This document shows, piece by piece, positions 49,040 through 59,333 of a DNA stretch of 64,000 bases; positions within the stretch are counted from its first letter, which is position 1; every line of letters begins with the position of its first letter. The notes under the pieces are model-generated. The model was not told the DNA's origin. It did no database searches and saw nothing but the letters and a program-made list of their open reading frames with translations. Source of the stretch: Perkinsela sp. CCAP 1560/9 (Eukaryota > Protista > Euglenozoa: Kinetoplastea); assembly GCA_965644495.1 (NCBI GenBank), contig CBFFSA010000009.1, positions 248,001 through 312,000 on the forward strand, written 5' to 3'. A program made the translations under genes and the position numbers.

Positions 49040-49660
49040 ATGGAAGGTCCTTGCGAAGGGCAATCCAGGTTCATTATTGTTCTCGAAGTGGGATCGACGT
49101 TTGACTAATAAACTATAAATGATGCAACCCACCACTTTAATTGGAATAACACTCGAACATGGACTATGCGTTCATTGCGGCATGGGAAGGCCACTGAGTT
49201 TCGAGTCCGTGGTATGCCTATTTCAGAGAGGCAATTATTGGGACGATGGCGGTCTCACTCGTCAGAACAATCGAATGTCACAGCCTACCAGCGCCAACCA
49301 CGGGAGTCCAACTCCCCGTAAATAGCCAGCATGTGACATCCAATCATTAGCAATGTCACATTGTCACATAGGCAATGTCACCGCCGACTTGCCACAACCC
49401 AAGGGAGGCCAATTCCCCATAACTAACCAGCATGTGACATCCAATGTTACTGCCTACCAGCGGGAACATGAGAGTGTTGCGGTACTTCACCATGTCTAAC
49501 TGCCCTGCAGCATGCCAAGTCCAGCCCTATACGGTTCGAATGTCATCAACAAGACTGACACATCCAATTCAAGGCGTACAACTCGACCGAATAAGCACTC
49601 CCCCATCCTACCCCAGTCATTGAGAGACCTGCCCCAAGCTTGGGACTGGAAATTGCGGAG
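49040..49660 (+). pseudogene. YR C-terminal fragment plus downstream repeat
   Basis: Copy of the 39855 block. Confidence 0.8.
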
Positions 49661-49853
49661 TTAAGAAGCCACATGCGACGTACATAAAGTAAACAATACG
49701 TTTTTGTAAGACAACTTCTATTAAATCACAGAAGACAAAATTTATTGAATAAATGAAGCCCCCCCTAAACCCCTGCCCATACATTTTGATTCCCTTCATC
49801 ATGCTCTTTATTCCCCTTAAATTCTCTTTACTCTCTCTATCTTTTAATTTGAA

Positions 49854-50819
49854 TCAATAATCCCCTACATTTATCTGTGTGTTATATACGCCCAAACCGA
49901 ACTCTTGCATATCTTCAGGAAATGGCGATCTTGTTATGTTGCCACACAAGTCCACATTATCTGATAAGTCCAAAGTCATCAAGAAAGATGGAAGGTTCGT
50001 CAAGTCCACATCACCAGAAAACTTATTCTGCGACAAATCAAGTCGAAAAATACTTGCAGGAAGTTGTCGGAGATCGAGTTCGCCGGACAGCTGATTTCCA
50101 GAGAGATATACTTGCGATATGTTAGGCGGAAGCAAAGTCAAATCAAGTGGCCCGGTAAGACAATTTTCGCTAAGGTTTACACTTTGCATATTAGCGGGCA
50201 GGCTCGTCAAATCAAGTGAGCCGGTAAGACGATTTCCGCCAAGGTCTACATTTTGCATATTGACCGGCAGACTCGTCAAACACACAATTCCATTGAACCT
50301 GTTGTGATTTAACGCCAAATCTTCGAAGCAGTGCGGAAGAGAAGTCAAGTCCAACTCGCCTTCAAACCGATTTACGTACAGAGCTAGCGATCGCAGTTCC
50401 GAAGGCAAGCGCGTGAGCGGCACTGTCCCTTCTAGCGCGTTCCCAGGCACAGCAAAATCGTACAGACTATGTGGGAGATGAACCAAGTTCATAGTACCTG
50501 ACAAATGTAGTCGACCCCATTCCACGCGGCTGACTTCTTCCCGCTCGTTACAACTCACACCTTCCCACTTGCATGCTGGCGTGTGAAGACTCCACGATTC
50601 GTCCAAGTTGTGGACTTCCGCGAGGAGACGAACGAGTTGATACTCTTGAGGTAAATTCGCAGCGCTCACTTTAGCAATACGCGATCTCGTCTTTGTAGTT
50701 TCTTCAGCAGAATGAGTGTTGGAAGGTATTGGGCTTTCGACTTCACGTCGTTTAGTCGACGGTTCCTGAATATCCGAACATGTGAGCTGCACGATAGTGC
50801 GTAGGGCTAAGCGCCGCAT
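49854..50819 (-). CDS. LRR-A protein, 321 aa (one extra 23-aa repeat), intact
   Basis: 321-298 = 23 aa; two adjacent MQxVxLxxN repeats. Confidence 0.92.
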   Translation of the reverse strand: MRRLALRTIVQLTCSDIQEPSTKRREVESPIPSNTHSAEETTKTRSRIAKVSAANLPQEYQLVRLLAEVHNLDESWSLHTPACKWEGVSCNEREEVSRVEWGRLHLSGTMNLVHLPHSLYDFAVPGNALEGTVPLTRLPSELRSLALYVNRFEGELDLTSLPHCFEDLALNHNRFNGIVCLTSLPVNMQNVDLGGNRLTGSLDLTSLPANMQSVNLSENCLTGPLDLTLLPPNISQVYLSGNQLSGELDLRQLPASIFRLDLSQNKFSGDVDLTNLPSFLMTLDLSDNVDLCGNITRSPFPEDMQEFGLGVYNTQINVGDY

Positions 50820-50879
50820 GTAAAGTGAGAAGGCAATTTATATAATGAAAGTTAATTATTTTTAGACATTGTTTTTAGT

Positions 50880-51180
50880 GGTTTATACCGCGTTGTTCGG
50901 AAACATTTCTCAGACAAAGTACCTTTTTTTGAACTACACGGAACTTTCGAAATTGTTGCACAATAAAGAATGGCTCTCGCCACAGACAAGATCGCCACAA
51001 AAATCGAAATTGCGAAAAGATATCGCAGTGTCTCGCTTTTTCTCGATCGTAAGATTTATTTCGAAATGGAAGGTAGAAAAGAAGTTACACCTCAGCATAA
51101 GATGGATACCTGGACATCGAAATGCTGCAGAACCACAGTCTCGTAACAGCGACATTGCATCAAGTCGTAATACGAGTAAC
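50880..51180 (+). pseudogene. DIRS/VIPER-type RNase H fragment
   Basis: IRWIPGHRNAAEPQSR; homologous to 14100-14403. Confidence 0.7.
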
Positions 51181-51273
51181 ATGAGAAATAGTTCGAACAG
51201 AAATGGATTAACGACGCTGTCTTAATAAACCAGATTCCGACCCCAGTGAAATATTAGACACCAGGTTCATATA

Positions 51274-51603
51274 CTGTACCCCCCCGTTATTTGTCACACG
51301 TCACCTCACTAGATCTCACTTTTTGGCTCTTCAAAAAAAATCCGTCGACTACCCCCCCTAGTTATGTTTCACTTTCTCAGTTATTTTTTTCCAAAATAAT
51401 CTTAAAACGAAACTTAGATTTTTTCTTTTTGCATTTTTTGAGCGAATGGTAGTGCGGGGTGCTATTATATCGCTTATTTCTTCCTCTTTCTTCCTAGTGA
51501 TCTGTCGCACGCTGATCCGCCTAGTTATCGGTCACACCCTACCCCCCTACTTATCTGTCACCTTTTCACCCAAAGTAGTGACAAATAACTAGGGGGGGTA
51601 CAG
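51274..51603. mobile_element. pogo-type MITE
   Basis: TIRs ctgtacccccccgttatttgtcac / gtgacaaataactagggggggtacag. Confidence 0.8.
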
Positions 51604-51976
51604 CAGTAAGCAGCTAAATGACCAACAGCAAGGCCAGAGAAATTAACACAATTTAGACATTGCTCGCTAATCTATTCATTTTATAGTGTTGGTCTAGATA
51701 CAACCTAGATAGGCGTTAGTCTACTGGAACAGTAGCGGAGGTATGCCGCCGTGATGTCGGCCTTTAGACCGAGACACCCGCTAGTAAGACATGCCAATTT
51801 GTCCAAAAAAAATGCACAGTGACTGGAAGGAAGTAATAGGAACAGTGGAGCACAAGGAAGAATATCTTGCTATAAAAGATAATATGTATGGTCATGTAGA
51901 CAAGATGAAACGTTAACATCTGGGAGAATCAGGGCATTAATATTGTCATAACGCATCCAACAAGCAAGGTGTGACG

Positions 51977-53197
51977 GGCAATGGGAACTTATATTGTACC
52001 CAAATTTTTGTTTTTCATTTTGTTTGTATTTTGTCGCACTTTTTTGCTAATGTTAATTTTTTGGCTCTGTACATCTATCCTACGTATTTTTGTCCAATAT
52101 GTGCTCTTCGGTGCATTCTCCGATGGAAGCATGATGGAGATATTCCAAATAATTTTGTGTCGTTCCTGATATCTCATGGAATAGTGCGACAAGAAAAATG
52201 CCCTACACATAAATTGCCTGGCACTCCTCACAAGGCGAATCCCTCATTGTCCATTTGGTGGCGCAGAAATTGTGGTGCTAAATGCAGGAAACGCCTCACT
52301 AGGCTCGCAACTTTTCTTTCTTCGAAACAAAAAAAGCCAGAAATGAAATTCATGTTTTGGACCAAACTTTGCCAACGGCTCGAAATGGCAAGTCTGGCCT
52401 CACAGTGTATGGTAGCCCGACGTACTGTTTTCAAATGGTAAAAACAACTTCTGCTATGGATTCATAACGCCGTATTGAAACGCAACGAGAAAATCAAGTT
52501 CTCTAGGTGCGCAGTTGATGAAACCTATCTCTTTCCACGGAAATATCATCGGGGATGCCGAGTGAGAAAAAGATCTTTTTACATGGCTAGAATTACTGGG
52601 ATCGAAAGAGATGGTAGTTGTGGCCGCACTATATGGAAGCGCGTTGAAACAAGTGACAGGACTACTTTACAAAATTTTGTGAAGAAGCATACAGTGGATA
52701 GCTACCGCATGATCGTAAACACACATGCTTGGCGGGCGTACCGTGGATTAAATGCCGTAAGAGATCATCGAGTCGTGAACCACAGCACAAAAGGTAATTA
52801 TCGTTTTGTTACAAAGGAGGGAATACATACGAACAATGCCGAGTCGTGCCACTCTTCTGTAAAGAGGGGAATACGAAAGCAAGGAAGACTCTCAATGCAT
52901 CCGCATAAGGCCGATGAAGTTGTTTCATTACACACGCTGTTTTTTAAGAGCACAAGCTGACAAGAACGCTTCCGCGCTCTTTTGTTGGCTCTGAAGTCCG
53001 TAAAAGATGAAGTGGAAAGGGAAGAAGTAGAAACGACGAAGATAACGACAATGAAGAGATAGAAGATGACTCTGAAGAAGAGAGTGAAGATTGGGGTGTG
53101 ATTCAAGGTTTGTTGATTTGATTTGAATGTTAAAATAGACGAAAAATAGGTAAAAAGTGGAAAAAGTAGTAAAAAGTTCATATGGGTACAATATAAG
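51977..53197 (+). mobile_element. Merlin (IS1016/ISXO2-like) DNA transposon, decayed
   Basis: AVDET, RKYHRG, VVNHS, FVTKEGIHTNNAES motifs; in-frame TAA at 52439; inverted repeat acttatattgtaccca / tgggtacaatataagt. Confidence 0.85.
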
Positions 53198-53239
53198 TAG
53201 TCTGTAACCAAATTGTCTATTAAAGAATACAATTCTCTT

Positions 53240-53586
53240 TTATTAAGCTCAAAATGGGAAAACGGCACAGATTAAGCTTCCGTCAGGCCTAAACATTATT
53301 GATGGGTCCTCAAAGTCACCTGACTTAAATTTGATAGAAAACTTGTTGTCTATCATGGATGACTACATTCATAGTTCTTTGCGTCCGAAACACATTTTCA
53401 AATGTGCAAATTTTGAGAAAAATCGTTTTTGTCGTGCACAACCTACTTTTTAGGTATGTTTAAATAGGCGCAAAATGTCGTTTCGATGATATTCGCGTCG
53501 AGATCTCTCTTTTGCAAAAAAAATCAGATGAAACGGACACATGGCACAAAAATGGCGGGTGTACCGATATTGGTGATCCCCCCTGT
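53240..53586 (+). pseudogene. Tc1-like 3' fragment with right TIR
   Basis: SKSPDLNLIEN; ends gatccccccctg|TA; related to the 22035 element. Confidence 0.7.
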
Positions 53587-53589
53587 ATA

Positions 53590-53858
53590 CCTCACACGGA
53601 TGGAATCTTACAAGCATATCGCAATTATGGCACCTTTGCACCGGGGAAGCTCTTTGCCATATGCAAAGTTCTCGTGACCCGAATGTGCTACAAGCCCTCC
53701 CATCCCGAATAGACGAAGAGAAGAATCTACGCCGCCGAGGCTTGATAAGACCAGCAACTTATACTCTTGATGATCTTGCAGATATCAACCGAGTCAAGGA
53801 GATCCTACGCAAACAGTATGAAACTAACACGTCAGAGAAACTGAGAAAACGGGCCCCA
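53590..53858 (+). pseudogene. Fragment of an RLE retrotransposon related to 14777/63111
   Basis: MQSSRDPNVLQAL...EKLRKRAP aligns with MKKSRDPAVQQAL...EAVQRRAP (ORF 15245). Confidence 0.65.
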
Positions 53859-53883
53859 TTTTTTTTGTCATCCCCCGAGTCCA

Positions 53884-55782
53884 TTAGCGCACGCCTCTGC
53901 GGTACCAGTTTTGTACCGCGGCATGCGCTATCTGGGCGTTCCCATTTTGGATGGCTACCCCGATTGCCATGATAAAATGGCTGAGGCAACCATTCTTCTT
54001 GCCGGTGGCCTTCCGAGCGACCAGATTTAGAAACTGAAGGGTCTCGGGGCCGGGGACACTGTACGTGGTGAAGGCCAAAGGGAAGAAATCCATCTCCCTG
54101 GCCCCCGCCATTTCCTCGTGAGTGCGCCTTTTGACACGCTCTGCCTGCCTTACGGTGAAGGAGGGCTCAGCTGCCTCCTTATCCACGTTGGATGGGGCCA
54201 GTGGGTTTACCACCGTCACGTCCACTAGGACTAGCTCCCGCCCCAAAAGGAAACAAATGTCCGGTCCCCGACCGTTATCGAATCTAGGTTCGACGAGGTC
54301 TGGGGAGAATCCGTACTGGATTAATAGGTTGCGGAAAGTTTCCTTGACCCCCTTGTGGCGAGAGGCTTGTGTCTTTCCCCGAACCTTTTTACAATCCATG
54401 GCGTGGACGCAGAACTCCTCATTTTTGAGGGCCGCGCCACAAACACATTGGATTTCTGGTTCGGAGGTGGGGGCCACCATGTACCGGAGTCTAGCGGCGG
54501 TCTCCCATTCGGGATCCCGCATGTAGTACTCCGGCCTGTTCGGCCACGCATTCATCCACTTGGTCGAGTGGATGTTCTGGATCTGTCGCATACAGACCAG
54601 ATGCGTGGCCGACGGTGCCTTGTCCAAAGCAGCCGCCCCATAGGCGCGTCTTTGCTCCCTGGCGGGGGTGCCGGGGGGCTGGCCTTGTAAGGCCTTGACT
54701 GCTTTGGCCTGCATGTCCTCCGCTTTGTCTTCGAAGGGGATGGTGCCCAGGAAGTCCGCCGTAAAAAGTTTGTTTACGAACGGCGTCGTTCCCATTGCAC
54801 CCATCCCTCCGATAAGAGCTTCGGAGCATGCGGTGATGGCCGCGTCCACCTGCAGGTTCGCCTTTTTGGTCACCCCCGGTTCGTACGTGCGAACTATGTA
54901 GTTCCACCGGGGGCTCCCGCATAGGCGGAGGAGAGGGAGGGCGCACTGTCTGGGTAAATCCTTGAGTTTACCCAAGAAATTAGTGACCTTGGGGACCTTG
55001 GAGAGGACCCATTCCTCTTCCCGCGCTTCCGAGGCGCCAATGTACGCCCCCAGAAGTTTCAGTCCCCCCGGACCGTGTTGCATCCGGCTCCCCGAGAAAG
55101 CCGAGTACAGGTCCGGGTGGCGGGTAGCCACCTTGCACTTGGCCATGTTGAGCTTTAAGCCCATAAACTTGATCTCCTTTTCCAAGGAGCCAAGGGCCTT
55201 AACGCACACCTCGGATTCCGCGGCTATGGTTATATCGTCGATATATGCCCGTAGCTTAAGGCAACCCGAGTATTTGGCTGCCACGGCCGAGATGGCCCCC
55301 TGAAACCCTAAGGCGAACAGGATGGGCGCCATCGGGTCCCCTTGTTTGACCCCCCGGGGGCTAGGGATATGTATCCCCTCCCCCAGGTGGAGTTTACTAG
55401 GGGTCCCGTACCCGAAAAGGGAGATCCCTATCATTGGGGATAGGTTAGGGTACCTTTTTAGGGCGCGGAATATGACCGCGCGTGAAATGCTATTGAACGC
55501 ATTTTCCAAATCGGCCGCCACGACCAACTCGTCGGGCCTGTCACGAAAGTGATCTCTCACCTCGTATATGACATGCTCACAGCCTTGGGTGTATTGGGCT
55601 CCAAATTGAAGGCCCTGAAACACTGCTGGGAGATGGTCCCTGACCTGTTCGAGGGCCAGTAGCCCCGCGAGCTTCAGTAGGACCTCCACCATGGCTATGG
55701 GCCTGTAGGATGAGTGATGTCCCACCGGGGCCCCAGGCTTATTGAAAAGCTTGAGGTTTGCTCCGGTGAGAAAATCCCTCAT
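53884..55782 (-). CDS. Reverse transcriptase + zinc knuckle + RLE endonuclease (CRE clade)
   Basis: YRPIA, DLENAFN, GVKQGDP, YIDD, LLG, CVC...HAMDC, RH, GPD...VDV. Confidence 0.92.
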   Translation of the reverse strand: MRDFLTGANLKLFNKPGAPVGHHSSYRPIAMVEVLLKLAGLLALEQVRDHLPAVFQGLQFGAQYTQGCEHVIYEVRDHFRDRPDELVVAADLENAFNSISRAVIFRALKRYPNLSPMIGISLFGYGTPSKLHLGEGIHIPSPRGVKQGDPMAPILFALGFQGAISAVAAKYSGCLKLRAYIDDITIAAESEVCVKALGSLEKEIKFMGLKLNMAKCKVATRHPDLYSAFSGSRMQHGPGGLKLLGAYIGASEAREEEWVLSKVPKVTNFLGKLKDLPRQCALPLLRLCGSPRWNYIVRTYEPGVTKKANLQVDAAITACSEALIGGMGAMGTTPFVNKLFTADFLGTIPFEDKAEDMQAKAVKALQGQPPGTPAREQRRAYGAAALDKAPSATHLVCMRQIQNIHSTKWMNAWPNRPEYYMRDPEWETAARLRYMVAPTSEPEIQCVCGAALKNEEFCVHAMDCKKVRGKTQASRHKGVKETFRNLLIQYGFSPDLVEPRFDNGRGPDICFLLGRELVLVDVTVVNPLAPSNVDKEAAEPSFTVRQAERVKRRTHEEMAGAREMDFFPLAFTTYSVPGPETLQFLNLVARKATGKKNGCLSHFIMAIGVAIQNGNAQIAHAAVQNWYRRGVR

Positions 55783-56470
55783 CGTGGGGGGGAGGGAGTT
55801 GATTAGGACAGCTGTTGGTGGGGAGGGGGATCGGAGCTATGGTTTCCGACCCCTCGAGGTGATCCCGTTTGCGAAGCTCCCTAGCCAGCTGCCTTTGGGA
55901 CACTTTGTCCTCGGGGAAAAACAGAAACCGTTTAACCCCGAGGAGTAGATCCCAGGCGATCTTAATTTTGCCTTCATACGACTTCCCCAGGAAGTTGCTA
56001 CACACAGACTTAGTGTAGTCCTTCCAGGCAGGGCATTGAACTGCGTATAGGGTACGCAGCGAGCCCCTTTCAAGGAGCTGTGCCAGGCTGTCCGGGGAGG
56101 GCGTGATGTCACCCGGCTCCGTCACCGCGCCTTGGGTATTGGGGGGCGTGACACTGGGGGCCTTGTAGGGAGGGTCCGTCCCAGCTAGATGGGGGTAAGG
56201 CGGCGGAGGAGAGGTGGGGCACTCGCATTCCTGACGGGAGGGCCTACGAGGAGATGTAGAGGCCGCGATTCCCTCCATAATAGTACCTTCCCCACCCGGG
56301 GTAGGGGTTGTAGCGCCGGGGGTAAGGACATTTTGGGTCTCCCTCCGGGCCTGCCACGTCTTAGAACGAGGACCTGGGTTTGCCTCGATACAGCCTCTGC
56401 GGAGGTTGCATTGAACAACACGGGTGGTCCAGCCCGTTTCGCTTACCAGGGTTTCTGTGGGAAGGAAACA

Positions 56471-58030
56471 TCAAAGGAGCCCTTCTTCGTATTTGCGGGG
56501 CTCCCAGGCACCGGTCATGATCCGGGGGATACCCAAGACCTCGTTCAGACCGGCGGGGATGTCGTGCGCCGCACTCACCCCTGGGGCGGAGATCATGCCG
56601 TGGTGTGTCCCGTCATACACCCTGACTGTGGCCCCATCGCTAGGCCCTGGGGGAAAGGGGGGAAGGGAGAGGCTGACCGCGACTCTTTGCGCTCTGTCCA
56701 GCCCTTCAGAGTCGGTGATGGGGGTGGCTTCGCTGGAAATGTCCTTCAGCAGCAGGCTCTCTCCGGGGACCCCTAAAGTGTTGCCCACAATGCTGATTGT
56801 AGCTTGAAACGAGCGTTCGGGCGGGCAGGGGATGACTATATGACCCAAGCGCTCGGGGCCAATGTCGAGGAGGATTTTGAGGACCTCTTCCCCTATCGGC
56901 TCGTATGGTTTATCCGGGACATCCCCACAGGGTGCTCTCGCCTGTATCGGGTACGCGCCCGACCTGTCCGCCGGTAGAGATGGGGGGAAAGGAGAGGGGG
57001 GAGGAGGGGAGTTGGGAATGGGGAGAGGGAAGGAGCGTAGGGGGGGCACGAGCCATGGAGGTCCTTTAGCCACTGTGTTGACCTGGGCCATGCGCAGGCG
57101 GGCTTCCTCAGCGCAGAACCCCTCATAGTACGCCAGCATGGAGGCGTACCGCTCTGTTTTGATCCGGAGGGCTTCAGGGGCATGCTCCTTTAACAGGGCA
57201 ATAGAAGCTTTCCTTAGACGCTTGGGACCGTGCACCTTTACTAGGCGCGCCTGTAGAGCTACATGGTGGGGTTGGGCTACCCCACATTCGATGCAGACCA
57301 AATGGCCCGCATTGATCAGTAGAAAGCGATCCTCGATGGCTTTCTGGGCCGCGTGCAGACCACTGACAGCCTCCAGGGTCAGCTCACGGTGTGCCCGGGC
57401 CTCCATTTCCTCAAGGGAGATCCTCTCGTGCTTCGAGTGTAGGGTCGAGAGGAGACGCAGAGAGACAGAGCATCTTCCAGTTTGGGCTAGAGGGAGCCCC
57501 GAGCTAGAAGGGGAGGGGAGGAGTTTGAAGCGCACAGCGTCCATCGCCTTGAACTGTTGCCCTAGCGTGGGGAGTTTCAACGAACGCTCCGACGGGGCGG
57601 GGGCGTCGCTGTCCATCGCGTCCGACGTGATCGGGGGGCGGTCGCCAGGCCAGGCGTCGAGATGCGGACGTATGACGTGCTCCGACTGTCGGAGGTGGGG
57701 AGGGGAGCGAAGGAAACGTTGGCAGCTTTCCTCAAGATGGGGGTGGGGGCGACCGTAGTCAAAGCTCCGGGATCTGCCCCGAGAGGAAGAAGAACGTGGG
57801 ATCCTGCGGGCTGTGAAGTTGGCTCGGGAGGATCGAGAGGAAGACGTGGGACGGGATGGAGGGGTCCCTGAGGCTTGCGTCGAGGCACGCACTCTAACGT
57901 CGTTCCTGTGCCGAGAGCGCAGAGTAACGCACTCCTCACACAGGCGGTTGTCCCGCCTGGTTGGCACGAAAGGGAGGCCACAGAAGTCGCAGGCACATGA
58001 CTTGTGCTGCTCCTTGACACGGACGACCAA
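56471..58030 (-). CDS. N-terminal region of the CRE element (Cys/His fingers, low-complexity)
   Basis: CDFC...CEEC and CIEC...H motifs; frame is open upstream to ~58108 and continues past the TGA into ORF 55739-56278. Confidence 0.65.
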   Translation of the reverse strand: MVVRVKEQHKSCACDFCGLPFVPTRRDNRLCEECVTLRSRHRNDVRVRASTQASGTPPSRPTSSSRSSRANFTARRIPRSSSSRGRSRSFDYGRPHPHLEESCQRFLRSPPHLRQSEHVIRPHLDAWPGDRPPITSDAMDSDAPAPSERSLKLPTLGQQFKAMDAVRFKLLPSPSSSGLPLAQTGRCSVSLRLLSTLHSKHERISLEEMEARAHRELTLEAVSGLHAAQKAIEDRFLLINAGHLVCIECGVAQPHHVALQARLVKVHGPKRLRKASIALLKEHAPEALRIKTERYASMLAYYEGFCAEEARLRMAQVNTVAKGPPWLVPPLRSFPLPIPNSPPPPSPFPPSLPADRSGAYPIQARAPCGDVPDKPYEPIGEEVLKILLDIGPERLGHIVIPCPPERSFQATISIVGNTLGVPGESLLLKDISSEATPITDSEGLDRAQRVAVSLSLPPFPPGPSDGATVRVYDGTHHGMISAPGVSAAHDIPAGLNEVLGIPRIMTGAWEPRKYEEGLL

Positions 58031-58454
58031 GTCCGGCCTCGCCTTCTTCAGCTCCTCGATGGAGAGCTGGGGCAGCCCCTTGACCCCTACGGAGGGGTGG
58101 GGGCTGGTTATATTTTCACTCTTTATAATTAGTATAATTAGTATAATTAGTATAATTACTAATTACTATATTATTTATTATAGTATACTATATTATACTA
58201 ATTACTAATTAGTATAATTAGTATTTTCACTCTCTATATTTTCAATCTTTTTTTCACTTGTTTTCAATCATCGAGTGTAGAGCGGAAGTTATACATAAAA
58301 TATAAAATACATAAAAACACAAAAAATTATACATAAATTTACATGTAGAATGTCTTATTTTATAAAAACTGTTCAGTAATGTCTGTCAGTGAAACTCGTG
58401 GCAGTCAAGGCAGTCAGAAACGATAGAAAATGCCAATCTTGCACGATGTGTCCA

Positions 58455-59111
58455 TTAGTAGTATTTTGACTGAGAACCTACCACAACAAGATCAGGAATA
58501 GATTCCGGAATATCGAAATAATTGTCAGAAAGTCTGAGGACAATTAGCGCTTCAGTAAGTTTCGCAAGATCAAGTTTTCCGTGCAACCTATTGTTATGAA
58601 GGTCCAAATTTTGAAGTGATGCGGGGAGGCGTGTGAGGTCAATTTCTCCGACGAACTTATTTGAATTCAATGTAAGGTTCTTTAAGTCACATGGCAAAAG
58701 AGTCAGGTCTAGCGTTCCGTCACATAAATTTAGATTAATAACGAAAATGCGTAACTGAGGTGGTAATAGGGAAAGTTTCACAGGCCCCGTTAAGCCTTGC
58801 CGGCAGGCTCGAAAGACACGCAATGTGTTGGGGATAAATTCCCATAACACTTGCCCTTGTACGGACGGGTAGTCAGAAAACGCTGAATCAAGAAACGTGT
58901 TGCTCCACTCAAGAGAAACGACTTGCTTATCAGGATTGCATTCAACGTACTTCCACTCACACGCGGGTGTTTCCTCACTCCATGTTAACTCCTTGTCCGT
59001 TAAATTACTCACAAATTGAGCCAATGTGTACTCCTGTGGTAAAGCAGTGCCACGTACTTTGCTTGGCCGAGATGACCCATCAACTGCACTTAGCCGAATT
59101 AGGACAAACAT
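58455..59111 (-). CDS. LRR protein (divergent subfamily); start probably 59111 or 59132 rather than 59495
   Basis: SRPSKVRGTALPQEY, PACEWKYVEC cap, LRR repeats; the upstream part of the computed ORF runs through a Tc1-like element. Confidence 0.85.
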   Translation of the reverse strand: MFVLIRLSAVDGSSRPSKVRGTALPQEYTLAQFVSNLTDKELTWSEETPACEWKYVECNPDKQVVSLEWSNTFLDSAFSDYPSVQGQVLWEFIPNTLRVFRACRQGLTGPVKLSLLPPQLRIFVINLNLCDGTLDLTLLPCDLKNLTLNSNKFVGEIDLTRLPASLQNLDLHNNRLHGKLDLAKLTEALIVLRLSDNYFDIPESIPDLVVVGSQSKYY

Positions 59112-59333
59112 ACCACAATATATCGTCGTCATGTACAGGGGTGCGGGTCTAAAGGTGGGGGGGGGTCTAAAATTCGTAAAAGTTGTCCAATTTTGGAAAA
59201 TAATAGCGCATTGGATAGCTCTCATAGAGTTGTATGTTTTAGGCGCATTAAAATCCTGTGATTTTAACGTACATATTTTTTGATACAACATTTCGCATTT
59301 TTCCCTCGCAGGAATTACATTTTTTACTAGAAA

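Larger units (their letters stand above)
41571..49853. repeat. Tandem segmental duplication, unit 2
   Basis: Copy of 33902-40673 plus a 1.7-kb insertion at 45405-47122 and smaller indels. Confidence 0.92.
53859..58108 (-). mobile_element. Near full-length CRE-clade non-LTR retrotransposon
   Basis: GC-rich block; short A-tail at 53859-53866; one long reading frame broken by a TGA (56471) and a frameshift (~55790). Confidence 0.88.

Noticed and set aside
54122-58208. Numerous plus-strand ORFs over the CRE element
   Set aside because: Antisense shadows of a GC-rich coding region with no recognisable motifs.
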